From contig JALJEE010000958.1 of NCBI GenBank assembly GCA_023231475.1, forward strand, positions 48,602 through 68,601: DNA of 20,000 bases, given 5' to 3'. Below, in pieces: positions 11,088-19,512 of the stretch (position 1 is the stretch's first letter; every line of letters begins with the position of its first letter). A program made the position numbers and the translations under genes. The notes beneath the pieces were generated by a model that was not told the DNA's origin, did not search any database, and saw only the letters and a list, made by a program, of their open reading frames with translations. Source of the DNA: Seison nebaliae (taxonomy: Eukaryota).

Positions 11088-11508
11088 TTAGTAGTGTTTA
11101 CGTTGATGATAATTTCGACGATGGCGACAACGTAATGGAGGAAGTTCTGCATCGAAAAATACAGAATCATCATCTGTCGATATGCTAACGAATTGGTTTA
11201 TGGTATCTGATTGTGAGACGAATACCTCACTAGTAGGAATAGAAAGAGTAGTGGTTGACTGGTTCTCTTTATAGATCAAAGTGATAAAATACGAAGATGT
11301 AAGGAAAGTAGAAACTTGTCTTAGGTTTCCTTGTTCTTTTCGCTCGAGGATAAGAACGTTTTTTACGTTCTTTGTTAGATGAGAGAAAGAAGACTTTCAC
11401 TAATCGAACTGCAATGACTGAGAAGAGAATAGTAAATATGAAAACGGCCAAAGAATTTTGTCGGCACCAATAGGAAATATAAATAATGAAATTGTTTGGT
11501 ATGCGCAT
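11088..11508 (-). CDS. Small single-TM protein, 123 aa, 2 exons (11508-11316, 11266-11088), with a basic post-TM stretch and an FFAT-like motif
   Basis: Two adjacent minus-strand ORFs join in frame through a 49-nt phase-1 intron, 11315-11267 (GTTTCT...TAAAG). Product has a hydrophobic segment (LAVFIFTILFSVIAVRLVKVFFL), a K/R-rich tract and STDDDSVFFDAEL. No homolog recognised, so the model rests on frame logic and intron similarity to neighbouring genes. Confidence 0.6.
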
Positions 11509-11808
11509 TTTTCATCGCAATACGAAAATGGCCGTTAAAGAAAATTTCATTTCGAAGTTTTTATAAAAGCAAATTTTATTTATTGGAAAGAAGAGGAAGA
11601 TAATTAAGAAATTAAAGAAAAAAAAAATTTTTTTTCTGATTGATTTTTTTTGAAAGAAAAAAAATTGTTAAAAAATTAATATTTTATAATTAAATAACCG
11701 AATAAATCCTTCAAATATCACTACGAGTAAAATGATCATGCAATCATTATTAAATTCATATGAATTATTTTCAGTTCCCAATTCATCAATTTCCGAAGTT
11801 GAATTAAA

Positions 11809-12315
11809 TTACTTCTTCTCAACTAACGAATCCATCTGGTTCAAATAATAACGTCCGGTGTATAAGAACAAGAAAGCGGAGCCAGTGGCGATTCCTATTT
11901 TCACTGGACATCCTCCTCCACCTTTTATTGCTCGACCGGTTACTTTGCACGTGGCACTGGTAGCAGAACGAGCGGTAGCCCATGCCAACATGGAACCAAA
12001 TGTGAACATCGTGGAAGTGAAAAGAGACATCGTTAATGTTTTCCTGTTACATCCACATTTCCCGTCATTAATCGCTTTCATGTGTGGACGTCCGGCAATA
12101 TAAGCCATCAGACCAAGATTTGAACCGAATAGAAGTACATTGGCCATTGTGCCTCCATAAGAACCGAATAGACGGTCAAAGCTTGGTGGGCAGATAACGT
12201 GAATAGACAATGGAAAATAACAAGCCACTCCAACATACGGTGCACATTTCACACACATAGAAATCACCTTGCAAATCGGTTTAGGCATTGGACATTCTTT
12301 CTTCTCTTGAGACAT
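11809..12315 (-). CDS. Uncharacterised small multi-pass membrane protein, 168 aa, Cys-rich, intronless
   Basis: Clean ATG-to-TAA ORF that is clearly more GC-rich than its flanks, with about four hydrophobic segments and 10 Cys. The segments GRPHM, FGSMLAWA and YLNQMDS are reminiscent of an uncharacterised invertebrate membrane-protein family (recollection, not verified). Confidence 0.8.
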   Translation of the reverse strand: MSQEKKECPMPKPICKVISMCVKCAPYVGVACYFPLSIHVICPPSFDRLFGSYGGTMANVLLFGSNLGLMAYIAGRPHMKAINDGKCGCNRKTLTMSLFTSTMFTFGSMLAWATARSATSATCKVTGRAIKGGGGCPVKIGIATGSAFLFLYTGRYYLNQMDSLVEKK

Positions 12316-12819
12316 TGTTGTTGATCAAATGAAAATGAAATGAGAAAAACTATTGCAATATCCGCTTCTTTCAATTAATGATATATAAGCTAACATATGA
12401 TATTTTGTATCAGAGATTAGAAATAGAAGTTATCCAAATTCATTTCAGACAATCAAAGAAATCCTTCTTCGATTTTGTTCGATTCTAAATATTTAGCTAG
12501 ATAATCTCGAATCAAATTTAACGAATTTCATTTCAGACGAAAATTAAATAATTTAATTTGTTTGAAAATCTACAAAATAATTTTAAGAGTGACTATCATA
12601 TAACAAAGAGAAGGAGAATATGAGATATATTAATTTATCATAATAATGGTTGTCATGACCACGGGAGAGCATTTAATGAAAATATCACTTGTTTTACAAC
12701 ATAATTCTTAATAGGTCAATGACATGACGAATCAATCACATGCTGCGAGTCGATTGTGAAATGCAGGTTCATATTTTCTGTTAGATAAAATTATTAGTCA
12801 ATGATTCTATTCAATCGTT

Positions 12820-15444
12820 ATGATGTCCTTAAAGAACAGCTTAATACTTCTACTTTCTCTCCAATTAATACAAAAATCTCATTTGCAAAGTTTCGTCTCT
12901 ATGAATAAAGCATTTATTGAGTTGGAACATCTGTTGACTGATCTGAACATTGGAACTATGGTGTTTCCTGACCTACAACCAAAAAATAATGTTAAAACTC
13001 AAATTGTTGAATTGTCAACACATCAATATCGATTGGGTTTAGCAAATTTGGCATCGAAACTCAACATAAAAATTAGTATACTTCCCAGTGTTACGAATTA
13101 TTTGAAACCGGTACGATTACTCCAAGGAATCTATTTCGTATTAAATACATATTATGTCAGATATCCATCACCACACATTCGACATCGACAACGTCCGATA
13201 ATTGTCGTAGTGAACTCGAAAACATTAACTGAACTAAATCATTATATTCCATGTAGTTTCTTCATTATTCCACCAATAATTTTCCTAAATTTCGATAGGA
13301 CGAAAGTTTCAACGAAAAAATTTCCATTCATCGAAATTTTAGCGAGTCCTCTGGAACAAGTCAGTTTAACTATTCAAGTTCCCGATCAGTATAAACGGAT
13401 AACTTACAAAGAAGCTCGACATGATTTGAATAATTCATTACAAGCAGTCATCGATACTTTCATTCAAGGGAAAGTACTTATGTACAAATCATTACCAGAT
13501 AAAATATATCATCAAGAGATGTATAATTTTTATCGGAAACATTTAAATTTCTATAATATTCATAAATCTGAATGTGATTGTGTATTGAGGTCCAATTCTT
13601 GGTATCAATGTGTACAAGATCAAGTGAGAAGTTATCTTCCAATTTATTCTCCCAAACACCCACCACCTGGATACAACGGAAGAAATTTCGTCCGAGTCGC
13701 TATGAAAATCAGTCCACCAAATACCATTTATTTAAATGGACAAAATTTACAACTGCATACGAACAAATCCATTCTCATTACAAAGCAATTACTAAGGAAC
13801 ATTACAGGATATTATTGTGAAATTCTTAAAATGATTCTTTATGATTATGAGTTGGAGATTTTTTAAAATTATTTTAAATTAAATTATTGTTATTTTAACA
13901 AATACCTAAACTTTAACAGTTTTGAAGTGGTCATACAAAGTGATTCAGTTCCTTTTGGTAATTTGGATAAGAAGACCGGATCATTAAACGGAATAGTTGG
14001 TTTAGTGGAGAAAGAAGTTTGTATTTGGTGTACAATTTCTTTGTAGTAAATGAGAAATATTTGAAAGGAGTTCGATATTGCCATACCAATCAGTGCGACA
14101 ATGGAACGAAGTCATCATGTAAATTTCCTCGAATATCTTTCGTTCGATCCATTGGCAATGCTCTTCGTCGATCAAGTGGAACAGAAATTTACACTTCAAT
14201 CATTATTCTCGGTGTATGAAGGATTGACGGCAAACTTATGGTTCTTGTGGTTCATCTCATTAATAATCTTCTCCTTCGTTCTTTCGAAATTGAATGAGAT
14301 TGAACAGAATTTTAATGTCTATCGATTATATATTCAAATGAGAAGTGAACAAAATTATGTAGGAGAAGTAATCTCGTTTCGGAGAGTGTGTAAATACATG
14401 AAAATATTAGATGGGAGAATCAGACCCACATTCTGCAAAGATCTAAGTATCAAATACAATGTGAAGAATATTCCAGGAAAGCGAATTCTTTACAGAATAT
14501 CTCGAATGAGTCGTCTACCAAAATTACTTTCGTTTGGGAAAATTTTTCTTTATTCTATCGCTAAATTTACTGGAGCAAGTTTAGATCTGTTTTCAATTTC
14601 GTCTTATCACTTGTTCTTATATAAATATAGATTATGGAATTGATACAAAATATTTTTTATCCCGATTCATTATGTTGCTTTGGTGGAGTTTGTGCACAGT
14701 GGTACTCATCTGTTTCACTGCCAATACTGCTGCACATGCTACTGTTAAGGATAAAACTGTCATTTTAAAATCATTCGCTGAATTAGCAGAAAGAAGTGAT
14801 TTAGTCCCAATGATGTTCAACCAAAGTAGTACTCATACAATATTTAAAGTTTATCTTCCATCTTATCTATTATATAATTTGTAAATTTCACAATCTGATA
14901 TTATGTAAAAAAAAAGTTTTCTAAAGAATATCCTTATCCAGAAGTTTTAGCAAAAGCAAAATTAATTTCAAATTATGAAGAAATGATGTATAGAGTATTT
15001 TATGAGAATGGTGTTTTCATTTCAGCAATGGATAGTATCGTCTATATCGCTAACACTTATTGCGGATTGAAACATTTATCAATCAAGAGTGGATATCTTG
15101 GTCAAGGCATGGCGATACCATTCGATTTTCTTCATTCAAATGTATTATCTGCTCGGTTTCCCTTCAATTCATTTTATTAATTAAAAATTCAAATTTTTAA
15201 AATTTAATCAAGAATATTAAAACTATCAGAAAGTGGTGTGGCATCAAGATTTCGACAACAATTTTGGCAGAAGAAATCCGCTTGTAAGAGGTTATTCCCG
15301 ACAAAAGATTACATCATCTCGAACACAGACAATTTTTTCCGGAACAATATCGGATATTTCATTTCTATTATAATCGGTCTCATCATTTGTCTCATTATTT
15401 TGGTAATAGAACTGTTTTATTTTAAATTTAAGAATAAACATTGA
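12820..15444 (+). CDS. Divergent ionotropic glutamate receptor / IR-like ligand-gated channel, ~775 aa, 6 exons (12820-13850, 13920-14016, 14068-14578, 14631-14848, 14917-15155, 15213-15444)
   Basis: The spliced product has a signal peptide, S1 (ITGYYCEIL..FG..GSLNGIVGLV..EFDIAIPISATMERSHHVNF), M1 (NLWFLWFISLIIFSFVL), M2, M3 (SRFIMLLWW..CFTANTAAHAT), S2 (SFAELAE..SSTH..GQGMAIP..ILKLSESGV..FW..C) and M4 (NIGYFISIIIGLIICLIILVIE). Five introns (13851-13919, 14017-14067, 14579-14630, 14849-14916, 15156-15212) restore a 2328-nt open frame. Confidence 0.88.
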
Positions 15445-15499
15445 ACAACGCTTTTTAAATTCGAAGTAAATAATAATCTGTAAATATAATTTTTAATCT

Positions 15500-17942
15500 T
15501 TAATTTATCATAATCTTCTCTCGTAATTTAGCACGACCGCCTTTGTGCAATTCGTAATATCGTGCTAGATCTTTCCGCGTGATAATTCCAACAACTCGAT
15601 AACTTCCATCCACAACGATTAGATGTCTGAGTCCCATTCCTCGGAATAATTGGAAGATTCGTGGTAACATTGTCCGATAACTAATTGAGAATGGTGAACG
15701 ATCAATATATGGAGTAAGATCTATTCGATCATTATTCAAATTGAGTATCTTTTCTCTAACATTCTCAATTGATGGATATCGAGGATAATAAAGGAGGAAA
15801 TCGGTTAATGTCAATGAATTCGGTTGATTCGCTAAAATGATTGCAATTAATTGATGTCTTAAAATAATCCCATAAAGTACTTTATTGTTGTTGTTATTCT
15901 TATTTTTTATATCGATCTCATGATCGTGTTTGATTCCACTGTGACTTTTATTGGAAAAGACTTTGGGATGAGAAGAAGATACGGAAACGATAGGAAATGC
16001 TGACGATGTTGTATTTAATAGAACATTGAGAATATCATGTCGATAAACAATAATATTAAACATATTGACTGGATGAGTCATGACTTCCATTGCCGATATG
16101 GTTTTGGTAGATGATAACGGTTCCCAATCAAGAAATGGTACTGAAGTCAAATCGATATGCATATCGAATATTCCTTCATTGAATATGTCACCGAAAAATT
16201 TCGCAGTTGTCAAACAAATGATTAGAGGTAAATTTAATGATATTTCACCAGTCGCTTCCATAATGATGACGGCGAGAGATAATGTCATTCGAACATTACC
16301 AGCTAATTGTGCAGCAGCACCCATTAATGCATAAACACTAATATTAGCTTGATATCCGAATATATGATATAAAGACAATCCAAATGCACGTCCCCAAGTG
16401 GCACCACAAAGAATTGACGGAATGAATAATCCACTCGGTACGTGACAACCATAAGTGGTCGTTGCTAACAAGAAATAGATGAGAGCGAAAACGATTAATG
16501 TTGTCAAATGGAATGTTTCCGATTGATCGTGTAAAATACTTTTCACACTTTCCTCCCACGTTTGCATCCAAAGTAATGCCATCGAACTCATTTCTCCATC
16601 CATGCATCGAATCTGCACAGGATGTTTAATATCATCCAAACCAAATGGACGACAATCATTCCATAGAACGGTGAGAACTAATGGAATTAATGATGAGACG
16701 ATTGCTAGAACGATACATTCGATTAATCTTGAAAATTTCTCTTTTATATATTTTTGACGGAAGATTGTCAGATGTTTATTTATCGCATTAAAAATAACAC
16801 CTTTAAATTAATCAAATTATAAATAGATTGAAATTGGAAAATTAACGAACCTAACGCTCCACCAATAATCCCGATAGCGAAAAAAGCAAATATATCAATT
16901 CCATTGTAATGTGGATCGAGAAACTTGCCAAAACTTAATAATCCTGGATTGGAAAAATCACCAAATTTACTACTCACTCCACTCAACACGAGATTGAGTG
17001 TGAAAGTGGAAAATAATGAAGAAAGAAACTTTAAAAAAAAAATAAATTTAACATAAAAATAAGAAAAATTATAATGAAACAATTTCCCAAGTTAACGATT
17101 GATTCCAAAAACTGGCACCTTCTTCTAAGCTAAACAAGACACCTCCAATTGGTGCACCGAAAGCGGCAGCTACACCAGCAGCCGCTCCAGCTGAAACGAA
17201 ATCTCTTTTATCTTTATCGTTTCTGAATGAATGGAATAGACCACAATCGAATTTAAGTGAAGAACTCATTCCTTGTGTTAGACCAGCTCCAATGACTGAA
17301 CCGGAATGTATCATCGGTCCTTCTTTTCCCACAGCTAATCCACCTGCCACACTGAAACAAACACCGAATACTTTAGCGATTAATGTACTTAATCGAACGA
17401 CTCTTGGCATTTTCACGCCATTCAGATAACATTTAATTTCCGGTATACCGGAACCTTTTGCTGCCGGTTCCCAATAAGCGACGAGAATTCCAGAAATTAA
17501 TACAAATGATACACTGATCAATACCCACATGAATGCACTATGATATGTACAAGAATGGAAGACGCAATGATTTAAACCTTTATCAAAATTACATTCATAT
17601 AAAAATATTTTATTTGAATAATAATTGAAAAACTTTTTTGTATAAACGAATATTTAATTTCCGCCAATTTATTCACCAACAAACCAATAATCACTCCGAT
17701 TAAACCGGTAAGAATTCCGATCAATAACATCAAAACCCATTTCATAAAATATTTATAACGATTATTCTTTTTGGATTAGCAATACAATTGAGATGAAATG
17801 AAAGAAGTTATGAAACTGCTAATGATTTATTTTTTATTTCTTCCACTAACTGCAATTCATTATTAACTTCAACATAATCCAGACCCTCGAATTTCGACGA
17901 GATAAGATGCGATCCATGAATATTCAACGGAACGACTTTCAT
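15500..17942 (-). CDS. CLCN7: ClC-7-like H+/Cl- exchanger with C-terminal CBS domains, ~744 aa, 5 exons (17942-17817, 17766-17634, 17577-17081, 17028-16851, 16800-15500)
   Basis: Motifs [77 protein letters not shown] and CBS2 [19 protein letters not shown]. Four introns (17816-17767, 17633-17578, 17080-17029, 16850-16801) give a 2235-nt open frame. The start at 17942 is tentative, since an upstream exon is possible. Confidence 0.92.
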
Positions 17943-18480
17943 TCTTTCATACACCACGAATCATAAACATTCAATTCATAAGATAAATAAAGGATTTGTT
18001 TATCTATTTCTCATTGTCGTGAACTAAAGGAAAATAAATCGAACTATTTGGATAGATCACTCATTAATTCAAAGTTGACTTGTCTGGCTACTCATTCAAA
18101 ATTGGCTATGTAATAAATCATAATATTGTTTCCTATTTAAATTAATTTCTTTCAAATTAATTAATGATTTTTATTCAATTTTTTCCAATAACTCAACAAA
18201 CAAATTTTCTTATTAATTTCCTGTTCATTTCTTAATTAATAACTAAAATATTACGAATAAATAATAAATAAAAAACAATCTCAACTATTATTTTCATCTT
18301 TAAAGTATTTTTTATTTATCGTAATTTTTTTTTTATGATGCACAACTATGAAGGAGAAAGTAGATGGGAAAAATTATAGAAAATGTTCGAAATAATGAAA
18401 GATAATTTGGAAAGATGTTGGACATTCATATTCATTAAGGCATTTGTATATAATTAATAAAATAAATTAAATATTTTATT

Positions 18481-19047
18481 CTAATAACATTCCGCCTCGT
18501 GAAACAATGAAGTTTTCAGTTCTTTTCCCGTCATACAATTAATTTCATAAAATTGACATTTGTCACACAATTCTTCGCAGTGTTCTTCGTAATTGTCATC
18601 AAGAATATCGAATTTTTTGAAATATTGTTTGATTGGTATCTGTGAATGGAATTTAGAATAAATATATGATGATGATGCAACTTGATCATAAGGAAAGACT
18701 GAGGTGCGGCATATTTTACATTTCTGTCCCCAATTACTCCAAGTGACGGTGGAGTTCCATCGGTGGTTGCACTTCGAACAGTTGAAGGCGCCAAATGCAC
18801 GAGATTTACCCTGATATTCCGTCAACGTGTTATTCAGATCTGTTACCATTTCTTCGTCATCTGAAATTAATTCTTCTCGTTGATATTCATTCTGAGCACC
18901 TAATTAATATAAAACTAATTTGTTCCTGAACAGTATTTATAATTTATAACCTATATATTTATAATTTGGTATTCCGAAACAATTCCATGTAGCTAATCGA
19001 CTGCTTAATGATTCAATGAATCTATGACCTATCCTTTTCGTCATCAT
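18481..19047 (-). CDS. ZCCHC24-like 3CxxC-type zinc-binding-domain protein, ~157 aa, 3 exons (19047-18951, 18899-18682, 18639-18481)
   Basis: LTEYQGKSRAFGAFNCSKCNHRWNS..W.N.GQKCKIC..VFPYDQ|IPI..EHCEELCDKC..C follows the C-terminal domain of ZCCHC24 (LTPYQG..R.FG.Y.C..C..W.S..W...Q.C..C...VYP..Q.PL...H...LC.KC). Introns 18950-18900 (GTTA..TAG, phase 1) and 18681-18640 (GTTG..CAG, phase 0, no stop). Confidence 0.8.
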
Positions 19048-19247
19048 TTAAAATTCTTGTAAATTTTCCTTCACTATATAGTCCTATATTCAATTGACTA
19101 ATTACCAAAATAAACAAAATTTTTTAAGATGTTGAATGTCGAATATTTATTTATCTAAACAGTTTATCTCTAACATTTATCTATAAGAAATAGTAATTTT
19201 GATTAAAGTGTAATATTCAAATAATATGTAATCAACTGAACATGGTA

Positions 19248-19334
19248 CTCGCGATAGCTCAGTTGGTAGAGCGGAGGACTGTAGAAATTGTATCAGAGAT
19301 CCTTAGGTCAGTGGTTCAAATCCGCTTCGCGAGA
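19248..19334 (+). tRNA. tRNA-Tyr (anticodon GTA) with a 14-nt intron (19285-19298)
   Basis: Acceptor stem CTCGCGA/TCGCGAG plus discriminator A; D arm GCTC-AGTTGGTA-GAGC; anticodon arm GAGGA-CTGTAG[intron]A-TCCTT with GTA at 19281-19283; T arm AGTGG-TTCAAAT-CCGCT. Mature length 73 nt, with the intron at the canonical 37/38 position. Confidence 0.97.
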
Positions 19335-19338
19335 TAAA

Positions 19339-19346
19339 TTTTATTT
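19339..19346 (+). terminator. Probable RNA polymerase III oligo-T terminator of the tRNA gene
   Basis: TTTTATTT starts 5 nt after the discriminator base. T-runs are common in this AT-rich DNA, so support is positional only. Confidence 0.5.
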
Positions 19347-19512
19347 ACTATAATTGTAATGTAGGTAAAGTTTATATTGGTTTTTAAGAAATTTTAGGGG
19401 AAATAACGTTTACGTGGCAACAATAGAAAGTAAATATCTATTTAATAGAATTAGCGTTAATGAAATTAATTAATCAATTAAATTTCCATTAAATGAATCT
19501 TCCAAGATGAAA

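Noticed and set aside
11512..11550. Upstream in-frame mini-ORF MKFSLTAIFVLR-TGA before the small TM gene (possible selenocysteine or readthrough)
   Set aside because: No SECIS-like element or redox motif seen and no homology support. Such short ORFs are expected by chance.
12316..12819. Palindromic or E-box-like words (GTCATGAC, TCACATG) in the divergent promoter region
   Set aside because: Too short to distinguish from chance without comparative data.
12820..17942. Fragmented ORFs of the receptor and ClC genes read as pseudogenes, frameshifts or an alternative genetic code
   Set aside because: Every break is resolved by a short GT-AG intron that restores frame and homology, and the multi-kb ORFs translate cleanly in the standard code.
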